Assembly: GCA_000182565.2 (NCBI GenBank)
Contig: KQ257453.1
Length of the DNA: 64,000 nt
Reading direction: 5' to 3' (one strand)
Source: Spizellomyces punctatus DAOM BR117
Lineage: Eukaryota
Shown in pieces: positions 50,098 through 62,547 of the stretch (within the stretch, counting starts at the first letter, position 1; each line of letters starts with the position of its first letter). The notes under the pieces were generated by a model. It searched no databases and was not told the DNA's origin. It saw only the letters and a program-made list of their open reading frames with translations. A program made the position numbers and the translations under genes.

Positions 50098-53056
50098 TAG
50101 CGGAGCTGAGGAGGAGGTGCTGTGGCGGTGTGAGTGTGCGTCAGTCAAGGGAACACTTTAGGGAACGTACCATGGATAGGTCCATAGAGTCGCCCGGATC
50201 AAACGATCGTCTTCTATGCGGTTTATACTGTTTTGGGACGGGCGTGATAACCGAGTGGGGTATACTCACTCTAAAACACAAATGGTCAATAGAGTCTCAC
50301 TACCATATATCACACAGCTCATTAACATACTTGACCGGCGGTTCATCCTCTAACATGGATTCCACTCCTTCAGCTTCCAGAAAGGGGTAAGGAAAAGGTT
50401 CAGGAAAGAGACGATCATTGATCTTGAATACGCCCGTGTCTGTCCATGAGGTGAGTCTTTACTACGTCTTTAGATACTGGAGAAGGAACCTTACAATAAT
50501 AACGCGGATCGGGTGGAGATGGAGCATCAGGTGGTGGCTCTTGTTTTCGGATGCTTGGAGTAGGTTCTGGCCTGTTTATTGTTTCGATTAAAAAATTGAA
50601 AATAGATCACTGTTCAAAAAGTGGAAAGTAAAACATACGCAGAGTCCCCGAAAAATAGACTAGGATAACAACTTCGATACTGTTGCAATTCATCAAAAAA
50701 CTCATCGGTTTGGGAAAGCACTTGCAAGACCTTGGATCCAAAAAGTTATTATCACCAAATAAGGGTTTTCCAAAATGCGTTCAGAGTAGATACATCTTGT
50801 TTCCTCTGCTCCACTTTAGCTTTTACGCGGGCGAGAGGGGACGTGGACTTGTAACGGATCGGCGACGAACGTGACGGTGGATGCGGCTTGGACGGCCGAC
50901 TCTTGAGCTGACGAATCTTTGTACGAGAAGGGGCTCTAGAGGAAGTTGCCGTCTAAACCATAAAGAAGAATGAGCACACCGGTCTTTGGGTTGTTGGGTT
51001 GCCCAGTCTATCCCCACCGTTATGGGTACGTCCAGCTCATCCTCCCACCCCACGTCCCGTTTCGCGTCCTGGAGGGTGCGGACCAGTCGACGGGTTTCAG
51101 AACGTAGGTGGCGGATACGAGATAGGTCTGCGTCGGTGGTCATAACGTCCAGAGCGATGGAGTTCAAAATGGGGTTCTTTCGCCGTGGGCAGACGCGCGT
51201 GGCTTGGACGGCTGTGAAGTAAGCAAGTCCGAAATCCCAAAAATCTCCTCCATTGGATCATGACGGATCGTAACAGTGCAGGAAGCGCAAGGAGTACCTC
51301 CTCCCCCGGCCCACTCCGTTGCTGATTGGAGCTTTGCTGGTTCCTTCAGTGGTATGTCAAGTGACAAGTATGATGGAAGCCCAAGTCCTGCAAGGCGGAG
51401 GGCTGCGGCTCATTTGATACCATGGAAGGACAGAACCCGACAAGTGGTGCAGAAGACAGATAATCTGACTTTGTCGGGATAGTTTATGGAGTGCCGCGCT
51501 CGGTCTTTGTGTTGCAATGCACCAAGTCTAATCTTCACATTTGTTTGGAACTGCACATCATCACCTTCTGTGGTGTGTCACACAGTCTTGCGCTGCGCAT
51601 CGCTATACCGTGTGTCTGCCCCAGCAAACAAGAACACCGGTCTACCGGTCGCTTTTTATCTCCGTACCGAATGTCATCCTTGAGGAAAGTTGGAACATGT
51701 GGGTATATGAGTTGTCTAGCCATACGGAGTTTGACTTGGAAGAATCGATTTTCTGGGCCAGGGTTTGCTACAATGTCGGGTCATCAGTCTCTAGAAGTGA
51801 TGACACTCGACTCCTCCATATAGATACACTTTTGAGCATCATGTCGCGACCATGTTATGGGATGATTTGCTACGATAAGGAGTCTGCGCATAGTATGTCA
51901 ACTCGCAAGCAAAAGCTAAACGAAAACTCCCCATGCAAAGTCCTGTTTAGATCGGCACTGTAAACTAGTACACCAGTACTCTTTTGAAGCTTACTTTCAT
52001 CTTCATTACAACAAGCATATCCACTCCTCCGGTTTGGAGGGAATCGTTTGAGCCCAATATGTATTTAACCCAGTTTTCATTTCGTATCTGAAGTCAGTGG
52101 TATGCATCAACGCTTTGGAAAAAAAAATAAACCAAAACGCTTTAGCGTGGAACGGCTTGACTTTGAACGCAATCCGAAGGTAGTAGCGATCAGTTGATGG
52201 AAAGGGTAATTTAGATAGTTGGGACTGGGTGCAAGCAAATAGAATGATCTGATAAATGTGACGTATGGACAAAAACATGCGTCGAAAACTCTCCAACCAA
52301 TCAGCCAGCATTCATCATACTATCTCCCCAGTGGAATTCTTTTGCTATTTAACGTGGAATGCATGTGGTGTGTGAGTGATAAATGTCAATCCATCTTACC
52401 CAAAGAAGGTGCGTTGCCTCTGTCATCCTGTCTTCACCCAGGAGACAGTACTATGCAATGAGTGAGATTTAAACCCAGCATTGGCTCGTCCCAAGTCCCC
52501 GTTCGTATTTCGAGTGATTAAAATGACTTTTCTTCCAAATGCACTTTTGTCTTTAATTGTATGGAAACTTGCATTCTTCACTGTTTTCTTCCCATCAGCG
52601 GGATCTGAACTCAACGCACCTCTTGCAAAAGGACTTTCAACTTGACCTTCTTCCAGTGTGGCTTGGCTGATCGGATTTGATGTGTCAGCAAGTCCGGCGT
52701 GATGCCACCCGGGTATAAAACCTGATCTTGACGATTAGTTACGGTGCCTTAGTCGGTTAGGGATGCTCGTGGGTGGGGATGTGGAGAGAGAGTGAAACTC
52801 TGCATACCAACGAACGAGACGCATTGAGGTCTACAGAATATCCAAAATGGAGGATATATTCCAAAGGCAAACTACGTTATGTGATCAGGGAGGGGGTGGG
52901 ATGGGGAAACTGATGGGCTGGACAAACAACAAACCTGCTGTACAATGTATCAGAGAATATCCCATTATCTGCGAGGAGTTCATCTGATATGGACTCTTTC
53001 TTGTATCCATGGGATATGGGCGCCGCAGTAGAGGATGCCAAAACCCAACTGCGCAT
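49940..53056 (-). CDS. Hypothetical multi-exon protein (start uncertain; ends at 50141 if the last intron is unspliced, 49940 if spliced)
   Basis: In-frame spliced 3' exons VKAKVEQRKQD-VLQVLSQTDEFFDELQQYR...-PEPTPSIRKQEPPP...-TGVFKINDRLFPEPFPYPFLE...-VSIPHSVITP with canonical introns. No family recognised. Confidence 0.55.
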
Positions 53057-53328
53057 AGCACGCAAAACGGTCAACAAATCAGGATGATTGATCCTGTCGC
53101 CATGATTTATGCACTTTCAGATGTGCAGCCCACACTTTCTCATACAAATTCCACAGAATAACTTTGGATGCAACGATGCCAGATTATTACGAAACAATAT
53201 AGAAAGGCTACAAGCGAATGATAAAATCAATGCATCATATTTCATATTCAATAAAATAAAAATAATAAGTAATTTATATACACCTAAAATCCGCTCCTGC
53301 AAACGGTTACGCATCTCCTACGTTGAAA

Positions 53329-54831
53329 TCAGACGTTGTGGATGCCACACATGCCCCGCTTCCCACATTGGCAATTCCGATTCAGCATAACCTCCAACTG
53401 CTCTGTAATCCGTTCGACTTCAGACCTTACGAGTGGTGTCATGGACTTTACGTCCCTTGCCGCAGAGAGTTGATTCACACATTTGGGAGAAAGTGTTACA
53501 AAGAGCTCGCGGGGGGCAGCGAGAAGGAGGATGGTCGCGAGTGCCAGTGACCCATCCGTGTGTGAGTGAGAAGCAAGATGGGATGATTCTACAGCCCGTT
53601 TCACAAGGGTGAACATGGGATGCGCCACAGTTTCAGTGAGAAGTCGTTGGATTTGCACAGCGTGGGTGGTGGCGAGTTCGTCGGATGGACCGGCAAGGTC
53701 AATACCGGGGTGTTGGAGGGAAATGAGGAAGCCATTGTCCGCGGGAAGGGAAGAGAGAATGTGTTGGATAATATCAGAGGGTTCGAGGTGCTCCATTAGC
53801 GAAAACGATTGAGGAAGATCGTGACAGAAGAGTCGATTTAATCGCGGCCAATCAATATTTTGATGGAGCTTCAAAAGAGATATTGGTTGACTTTCCCCTT
53901 TGGTGAGGATAAAATAGCCGCGAGGTAATCCTGTTTCTTTGTCAATCGGTTGCATGGCCTCATACAAGAGGTTGGCGTCGCAAAAATAAGAAGGGTATTT
54001 GAAGCGAGCCGTATCGAGGACAAGAGCTTGGTTCTTTTCTGGATGGTAGGCGCCAATCGGACTGAAATGGCCATCCCCGGTTTGCGAGAGCGTTGCCCGA
54101 GAAAACGACACGACCATGTGCGTGTCTTCAGAGGCCGTGACTGTTCGTAAATCATTCAAAAATTCTTCACGAGAGACTTGGTCGGCCCGTTTTGCAACTA
54201 CCCGCAACCCATTGCATCGAGCCAAACATGCCAATTCCCGAAACGTCATGCCTTTCTGACGGATTTGAGTCAAGGGAGCACAGCATTCCAGCATGTCGTC
54301 TGAATACCATCTCCAGACACCTTTCCATCGTTTTCCGGGGTCAACGGCGAGGGCATTCAAGACCATGGCAAGGGAGCCGAGGCCGCAAAAGGCAGGTTCA
54401 GATTGCATGACAAAGTTTCCCGAAAGTGAAAAGTAGATTTCCGCCTGTCCGGCCTGCACGCATTCTTTAAAGAGTGCTCTTCCGGCAGGAGAAGTGAAGG
54501 AATGGAGATGCGGTGGGAGTTCTCTTCGGTAAAAGGTTGTCGATTGTTCCTTTTCGTGCTGTTCTTCACCTTGTTGTTGTTGTTGTTGTTGCTGTTCTTG
54601 ACGAGGGAGCGGTGGAGGTATAAAAGGTTGTGGATGAGGATAGGGAATATTATGAGCAAAACCAGCGGAAGCATGGCATGGGTGAACAGCGAGAGAAGCG
54701 TTCAGCGGGAGAGTAGTCGAGTGGTTTCGACAAGAGCAAGAGTGCCGTTGTGCAATTGACAGTGCCCGACGTGGACGACGACAGGAAGTTAGTGCAGCTG
54801 TCCTTGGCAGGTTGATGAGCGACGTCCACAT
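53329..54831 (-). CDS. PCS1: Phytochelatin synthase (glutathione gamma-glutamylcysteinyltransferase), intronless
   Basis: TFYRRELP, QSEPAFCGLGSLAMVLNAL (catalytic Cys), WKGVWRWY, LECC, QTGDGHFSPIG (His) and LDTARFKYP (Asp). Cys-rich C-terminus CQCGKRGMC. Confidence 0.96.
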   Translation of the reverse strand: MWTSLINLPRTAALTSCRRPRRALSIAQRHSCSCRNHSTTLPLNASLAVHPCHASAGFAHNIPYPHPQPFIPPPLPRQEQQQQQQQQGEEQHEKEQSTTFYRRELPPHLHSFTSPAGRALFKECVQAGQAEIYFSLSGNFVMQSEPAFCGLGSLAMVLNALAVDPGKRWKGVWRWYSDDMLECCAPLTQIRQKGMTFRELACLARCNGLRVVAKRADQVSREEFLNDLRTVTASEDTHMVVSFSRATLSQTGDGHFSPIGAYHPEKNQALVLDTARFKYPSYFCDANLLYEAMQPIDKETGLPRGYFILTKGESQPISLLKLHQNIDWPRLNRLFCHDLPQSFSLMEHLEPSDIIQHILSSLPADNGFLISLQHPGIDLAGPSDELATTHAVQIQRLLTETVAHPMFTLVKRAVESSHLASHSHTDGSLALATILLLAAPRELFVTLSPKCVNQLSAARDVKSMTPLVRSEVERITEQLEVMLNRNCQCGKRGMCGIHNV

Positions 54832-55148
54832 GTTTGCAGTCCTACGAACAAGTTGCGGGCAAGACATATTTCGCTTGTCCTTTAAATAATCCCACACAAT
54901 CCTTCCCAAATCCTCCGCAAACCGCAACAAAACGACGAGACGACAAGAAATTCCGACTGCTGGCCTTCTTCCGATGCGCTTTGTCATGACTGTCATATCA
55001 CCATATATGGACATTTATTGTGACTGTGCCATGCAGTACTCCATTGATAAACATGATTGGCTGCAAGTTCCTTTGGTCGGAAACGCCTTCCGAACCCTCC
55101 GAAAGCCCTCCAATAGGAACAAGAGATCAAATCTGATTGGAGATATGG

Positions 55149-55194
55149 TCACGTGTAGGGCAGCCATCAAATATCACGTGACACTCTTCACGTG
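55149..55194. promoter_or_regulatory. Cluster of three TCACGTG E-boxes upstream of the PCS gene, with nearby CCAAT boxes
   Basis: TCACGTG at 55149, 55174 and 55188; CCAAT/ATTGG at ~55056, ~55110, ~55136 and ~55212. Confidence 0.6.
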
Positions 55195-55556
55195 AGCGAG
55201 TGTGATCTTCCCCAATGCATTGGGTTGTTTGTTGCTGGATAACGAAGGGGAAGATCTGCAAAGGATCAGGATTGCAAATGATAAGGGACTCACACAGCAT
55301 TGAAAGTTTGGCACACACAGCGTTGATGTTCGCACACACACACATATAAGCATTTTGGGTAGATGAAAATGCTACTCAATTTCGCTGGAAACACACACAA
55401 TTTATTGTTCCACTCGTAACCAACACCATCGCATATACAATCTCCATGACAGGAACACTTTCCCAAATCATTCTACTAGGAATTGCATACTCCTGCTTAT
55501 TCTCTCATCCCTAGTCCCCATCATCATTCGTCAGCCATCTTTGCACATGCGCTCCA

Positions 55557-56493
55557 TTAATACCCATCATCGTAATCTCGCTTCGCATCATAGTCTCGCT
55601 TGACCCGCCGTTTGGAATGTCGACTTCCACTCCGAGATCGCGACCGTCTCCGATCCCGAGACCGCGATCGATCCCTGCGTCGTTCCTTTTTCATCATATA
55701 CAGAGATTTTTCTTGTGCAGCAAATAGTTCCTTTTCGAGTGGGCGCGACACGAGTTTGAGGTGCATGAAATTGCAAAAGCCTCCGCGTGTGCACTCTGCA
55801 TTTTCATACTGTCGACAACAGGCTTGCGTAGAGAAAGAATAAAGTAAGAAAAGAGTAAAGAAAAGAGTAAAAGATATTCGAATTGCAAGTTAACCGCCGG
55901 CCTACCTTCCCCAAAATCAGTAACAGGAGACAACTCGGCGTAAAGCGGACGTCCAGCGTAAAATCGATTATTGAGCTCCTCCACAGCCTTCCCTGCATCT
56001 TCCTCATATTTGTATCTTACATACACGTCTACAAGAGAATCAGAGTTAGCAATCATGACACTTGAATGTGTTGGCCGAGTACGTTCTGCAATCGCATCTC
56101 AATACTTACTTCCAACAAGATGATCCCCGACATTATCACAAACATTCATCTCCTCAATCTCCCCATACTTTGCCAACTCTACAAATACATCCTCAAAAAA
56201 CGCATCAAAATGCTCCTGCAGATCCGGCTCTGTCAAAGCACAATTTGCCTCGTGCGCAGGATTCTGATACACGTTCGATAATAGAACCGTTTGGGAAAAG
56301 GTGGGTTTGACGTGCTTGCGGGAACACCGGTCACCATGCCGGCAGGCCCCAATTTTGAAATAAAAGGAGCAGTTGACCTTGTCCTTTTCAGTGCCGTAGA
56401 TCGAGGCAAGGTGATCTGATGAACGATGCGTTTAGTACGCGGTCCATGGAATACATACATACTCTGCTGTCCAGCATATCACTTACCAGCCAT
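55557..56493 (-). CDS. U2AF1: Splicing factor U2AF small subunit (U2AF35), 4 exons
   Basis: [83 protein letters not shown] and an RS tail. Confidence 0.97.
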
Positions 56494-58269
56494 GATGAAA
56501 AGACTACTGATGTGAACGTTGGTGTGTACGTCGTCGTCTGCACGCTTCAGTGCCCAACATCCAGAGGTTTGTTGTGATGGCAACACATGGTCACGTGATG
56601 CATTCGAAATCCTCGTCCGATCGAACGACTGCGCACCTTTAGCAATCAAAGATATTGGAAATCAGCTGCCCGCAGTCTGCGATATTGGAATAAAGATTGT
56701 GTTGATGCATGCGTGGATTAAAAGGCACACGCACATGGAGCGATGCGGACAGGTGGCAATCAAGATAATAGCTGCAGCCATTGATTTTGTTGATATGTGT
56801 GTAGGATGAAAGGCGTATTTTTCAATCCAATGCGCATGAATTGCTGTTATTTCCGTCAAGGAAGAAATCAGAAATCCGCCTAACATGCCGTCTTCGTATA
56901 AGCAATACTTTGCGAGCCAGCATATATCCATTCCTTTGTTTAGTGTTCTCTGACTGTGCAGTCTTATGACGATTAGAAAGATGCAAACGCAATCTTGTCT
57001 TCATAAAGTGTATGTTGTTTAATTCGGATGGGCATGCCAGATTGGGGAGGTAACTTTGTATGATGGCCCTCGCATCTGCACAAAAAGTTCAATGACTGCT
57101 GGGATGCAGAAACCATTCACCGTCGTCCTCATCCCGTGCCGTTCATTCCCTAGCCTGGCCATACGTCCCACTCATATCGCCTTCAGGTTGCCTTCAGCGA
57201 TATGCTATCAACGATGCCTGAATCTATCACTTGTGACCTGCCAGGAATTCTTAATCACTTACCTGCAACGATCGTTCCAACAGCCACATCCTTTGACAAC
57301 AGCCTTGACAAAACACCTTTCAATCACATTCCAAGCAAAGGTTAAGAGGTTGAAAGTTTAAGAGGACTCTAGAGGTAATGTTCCATTGCTATTCTGAGAC
57401 TGAATCCCAAACATTGGAGAGTACTTGTGCCAACCAGACCGACTGTCGGGACCATTCAACGCTTGCAAATATATCTGAGAGTGGAGGTTTCCCACTCATA
57501 ATAATGCGCACCAACCCAACTCTTTCTTGCCACACTTTGAGGTTTCCGATTCCATAGTCGCGATCATGAGCCGTTATACTCGACTGTGACGATCGATGGC
57601 CGTGCCCATGTAACCGTGTTTTCTTCAAAGATGGCCTTTCCGATTGTAATCATCACACTTTGGCAACCCAGTGGACAGGCATGCGGAACCAATACTCACG
57701 CAAGATTTTTCTAAAGAAATCATGCACTCCTTGAGACGCTGGGATCGCGACCCAAATTCCAAATGGCTCTTCTTGGAACGATTCCTTGCTCACGCTCTAT
57801 GTGGACTTGTCTTACAAGGAGCGTAACCTTACCACCGACCAAAATGCTACCAGTCTTGCAAAGGACCACAAACCCACAAGGTCTTGCGACGTATGGCACC
57901 ATAATCATCTGCAAAGTTTAATCAAGGGAACACAGATGGTCTACAAAGAAAAACAATAACCATCACCACCAAAAACCCACCAAAACAAGCTACAAATGGA
58001 GTCAGCGCCTGCGCTTGAAACGAAAACCGAGTCCAGCGCCTTGAGACCAGATGGGCTTAGTCCCGCGTCAATTGTCATGGCTGTGCCAGACTGTGCCGCC
58101 AAGTGCAGGCAGTGCAAGGTCCGGTTTCACCGCCTGGTTGGAGTTACTGTTTCCACTTTCCGATGACCCAACCACGTCGTTGGGTAAGGAAGAGGTTCAA
58201 AACCGGTAAGGACGAGCAAGATTTCCCCAGATTTCATGCAATGAGTACGTCCTATTGATTATTCCAGTT

Positions 58270-59623
58270 ATGCGATTTAGCATCTTTTGGCCTTTGGCTG
58301 GGCTTAGTGGGCTGTTATATAACGGTGCAAATAGTTTACCGGTATCTCCTTCTGAGTGTTCATCGTCGTGCGTGGGGGGAGTGCATTGCCCAGAAGGGGT
58401 AAGTGATGTCGTTCGGTTTCCTTTGCATGCACGGCACTGATTGTCCCAAAAAGGTTCTACCACCATGTCATGGGGATTCCTCTCCTATCCTACCATATCA
58501 GGGAGCGGGCCTAGGCTGTACAGAACGCATTCGTTCATCGTCCGCAAACTGCCGCCGCTCGCAATCTGCAGCCGCAGTGAAATATCATGACGGCCAATCC
58601 AGAGGCTCGCAAAGCCCCGAAGATCCGAACGATGATAATGACGGGCGACCGACCATCGCACCCAATACAGAGAATAGTTCTATGCCGGGGATACCGGACC
58701 AAGATTCCGATTCGGGGCCAAATACGACAATATTGGGAGTTGTAGGGGGATCCCTTGCCGCCATCAGCGGTATTGGTATCGTCGTTGGAATCCGAATGGC
58801 CAAACGCAGGCGAACCGCCTCGAGTGCCACCTCCCCTGCAGAAGATTCCTCCACAAAACCCCCTTCCCCAATCTCAAATAACCCACCCCATCAAAGTAAC
58901 TCCCCCGATCACCTCCGAGAATCCGTACCAAGCATCGCTCTCGACATTGACGACCTAAGCGAACTCGTAGCAAACATCTCACGACCGACCACGACGCGGC
59001 CAGAATTCTCGTATTTGGCTGCTACACTTGTCCCTGCGCCGCCGTTTCCCACCGCTGCATACGGGAACAATAAAACGCTGAAGACCGAGCCTAAAAATTG
59101 GATTAGCAAATCGCTTGACAAGAGACAATTCCCCTCTTTACATCGGACGTTGAGTGTCAAATCCTCATCTGACAGCCTGAACCGTCCCTCCCACACCGCC
59201 ACTGCGTCCAATTCTCTTAAACGCGCCGACACGATCCCCCCTCTACCCAGTGTCCGCCCGATCATCACATCGCGCCCCAATACTCTCAACCGCCAAACCC
59301 CCAATGTCAATCCCAATCCACCAACATCTCTTACTCCTGCTCCATCCGAGCGCAACCGCCAACCCCCGAATGTCAAGCCTAACCCATCAACATCTCTCTC
59401 TCCTGCTCAATCCAAGGGTCCATCCGCCGACGTCCCCGAAAGCAGAGCCGTGACTCGCACGACTTCTACCAAAACACCACAGACTCTCATTCCCAAACTC
59501 GCGCGCTCCAATACCATCCCTGCACACAAATCCCCGCCAACTGGCTCAGCCCACTCGCTAGGAGCATTGAGTGAGATTTCCGAATCCGAAAATTTCTTCT
59601 CATACATCTCTCGGGAACGTTGA
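58270..59623 (+). CDS. Type I single-pass membrane protein with short Cys-rich ectodomain and long S/P/T-rich cytosolic tail, 2 exons
   Basis: Signal-like MRFSIFWPLAGLSGLLYNGANS; six Cys in about 50 residues; TM ILGVVGGSLAAISGIGIVVGI followed by RMAKRRR. The GTAAGT...AAG intron keeps frame. Confidence 0.65.
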
Positions 59624-60135
59624 GCAGTGAATGCTGGACATTTCCCCCTGTAGTATAAATATTTTAGGTTTCTTTGTACATTCTGTGCATAAAAGTGTCT
59701 TGTATGTTTATATAAATTGCTTTTGGTGTGTGGAGTATGGTGTCGTAACTCTTTGTTTATCCTTGGATATTGGCTTCTTTTTTGTTTGTGGTTTGTTAAT
59801 GTTGATATGGCCGTGGCTGACATTGTTGTTCCAACGCAGAAGGTTGCCTCTTTTGTGATGACGACAAGCTACAAGTTACCAGGGATTTGACATGATGCAG
59901 TGGGGCCATTTGCTTCCTCCCTCACGATATAAATACCGATAATGGCGCTAAAAAAGAATGTCCAAATGCTTGATAGTTTATTTGTTTATTTGTCGCCCAG
60001 CAAAACAAACGGCCGATTGCTTACCTCATCCTGTCACATGAGCTTAGCCCAATAAACCCCGCCCAACTTCCTCCTTCCTTCCCCCCTTTTCCTTTGGTGT
60101 CCATTTCTCAACTTGCGAGGTCAACTGAACCAACG

Positions 60136-60758
60136 ATGCCCAACACGGACATTGACCTTCCCCCGTGCATCTACTCCTCCACCAAGCCCTACAATGGCTT
60201 CACGACGCTTCTGCATCGGTTTGGCCGGTACGAGCGCATCCGGTCCATGTCATCGCTAGCTCCACGGACGGTGGAACCCGTGTCTTTTGCAGAGCCTTCA
60301 CAAAAGAGCTTGGAGAGGAATGCGGCTATGGAAGCGTTTTCAATGCAGATGGCTAGACCTGAGATGGAGGATCAGGTTTGTGATTGTCTTGTGTTTCCTT
60401 TGGTGATGTTATGCGTAAAAGCTCATTGTTTGGAATAGCGGGTTGCGTTGACGCCCAAACAGGAAATTAAACTCGAACTGGCGAGACTCAAGGCTGCTGT
60501 TGAGAAATTGAAGAGTGGGGAAATACAGCAAGTTCAGGTATGTATTTCGCTCTTGTTTCGTTGAGTTTTTGTCGGCTTTATTTATTGACGTTTCCTTTAT
60601 AGGATACTCAACAACCACAACCACAACCGCAATCCCAACAAGAACAATCACAACAGCTACCAACTCTTCCCCCCAAACCCCCAAAACCAACTCCCCTCCC
60701 CCGCCTTAACCAAAAACCCTCCATGGCAAACCTGTTCAACTTTAAAAAGGACCGATAG
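60136..60758 (+). CDS. Small hypothetical protein with short coiled coil and Q/P-rich tail, 3 exons
   Basis: MPNTDIDLPP...EMEDQ-EIKLELARLKAAVEKLKSGEIQQVQ-DTQQPQPQ...PTLPPKPPKP...FKKDR* joined by two phase-0 GT-AG introns. Confidence 0.7.
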
Positions 60759-60947
60759 AGCGCGTTACTTTATATTATTGCTAATGTAGTTTGTCTGCTA
60801 TTTACTTTTGCGTAATGATGAGTTGTGTTGTATAATGTGCAATAATGAGCCTAGATTGGAGTGGAAGGGAAAATGTAAAATAGTTTATCATAATTTCAAG
60901 TATGTGTAGGAGGTCTCGATAATTTGTTTTTCAACCGCTTCTCATGT

Positions 60948-62405
60948 TTACTTTATTATTTTATCCAAAAACCTTGTTCGCTGGTCTTCTAGGGCCTTTT
61001 CCACGTCCCCTGCGACGGCGGACAAAAGCATTGTGACTGTCTCAGATGCAATCTGTTTGATGGCGTCGGCGGAGAGAACTTCGAATGGGTTTTCCGCTAA
61101 AAACGAAGGCAACCACATCCATCATCAGCATGAACGCTACGCACACGTTAGAGTGTTTAGACATTACCAGCTTTCCGTTCCTCCTCCCTCAATCTCTCCT
61201 CCTCAACCCGTCTCCTCTCCTCTTCCTCCTTCCTAATCGCCTCTTCCTTCTCCCACACATGGAGCGGAACAGCTTCAGCGAGTGGAGGGGGCCATAATAC
61301 TGCTACGGGTGCGTCGTCAGCATCTTGTACGAGGTCGAGTTGTGATTTCTTGACAAGAAGGTCGGGTTGAGATTTCTTTAGTTGCACGGTGGATTGAGAT
61401 CTCTTGGCTGAGACCTGAACGGCGCATGGAGGCTCATCAAGGTGGAGAAGGAGCTCCGTATCTTGCTTTTCTTGTTCGGTGGTTAAAACGTGGCAAAAGA
61501 GGCGGTAATGCTGGAAAAAACTGACAGAATAGGAGCTTACTATAAATGCAAAATGCTACGCAAGAAAGCATCGTACCTGGAAACCCCATAATCGACAATC
61601 TTTACAACAGACTCTGGTCGAAATACATCCCATCCACTCTTTTCTTCCCCGCCCGCACCCGCATGTGACATGAGAAGATCCCCAAACTGATGTAAAGCCG
61701 TCTCAAGAGGCCATGCCTTTTCTGTAGAGAAAATAAGGGTTTATATTCGATTCTCATGAATGAGATCCGCATCCATACCGAGAGATTGATCCAATAGTGT
61801 CTTCATGATGGCGCAAAAGGCACCGATTTCGGCCTCAGAGAAGTGTGCATCTCGGGCAAATCTATAAAATATATGAAAAGGAGTAGAAAAATAGCATAAT
61901 TCAGCGGAACCCACAGAAAGTTCCCAACGCAAAAGTTGACCACGATGGCGTTCAAGAGCTCTTCCTTGTATGATGTGTCCATGCCGAGGATTTTGGCAAA
62001 TCGGCTTGTGAATAACGTCAGTACCCTATACCAAACATTAGAAACCTCTGAAGATCTTACCTGACAATATCGTCAGGAGTTTGGTAGGCTTTGAGCTCTG
62101 CGACATCCTCCTGCGTCAGAAGCGTCCATGTGAGGGGAACCGAAGTCGGAGTCGCATCCTAAAGGAACATTATAAACACTTTCGCTTCAAACCAGCAAAA
62201 CGTATCCCGCACCTACCTCCTTTTTGACTTCCTCCCCGAGACCAATCCCACCTCCACCTGGTGTCCCGCCCTTCTTATGCTTTCCAGCAGACTTTGTTCG
62301 ACTGCTGCTCGGTCGAGTCGTCGATCTGCGATCGGCACCGGCGCTGGTAGGTGGTGTTCGGCCTGTGGTGCGCTGCGAGGGCGATGATGCGGTTGTGGCA
62401 GACAT
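60948..62405 (-). CDS. Flagellar central-pair C1a-32/CLAMP-domain protein (CFAP119/CCDC189-like), multi-exon
   Basis: FARDAHFSEAEIGAFCAIM, F...SVVKIVDY...SFFQHYRLFCHVL, WPPPLAEA and a C-terminal charged coiled coil. Confidence 0.75.
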
Positions 62406-62547
62406 CAAGGAGTATCCAGTCCAAGATCGACCCCGTCTGGGTGGATTAGGCGATGTATTACGTAAGCGCCAGATCCAGATGATCGACAATGCGAGAACAC
62501 TTTCCTGGATTTTGGCTACTTATGTATACAGTAGATTAACGACAGTG

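Noticed and set aside
54832-55014. Longer PCS start at 55014 (561 residues)
   Set aside because: The extra 61 codons look like promoter/UTR read-through. The ATG at 54831 has a good context (AAACATG) and opens the presequence-like segment.
56571-56584. X-box-like GTTGTGATGGCAAC
   Set aside because: Imperfect left half-site lying upstream of housekeeping U2AF1; insufficient support.
56700-58200. Protein-like plus-strand fragments (e.g. HFGNPVDRHAEPILTQDFSKEIMHSLRRWDRDPNSKWLFLERFLAH)
   Set aside because: Frequent stops, no consistent splice model and no recognisable family. It may be a decayed gene but cannot be supported.
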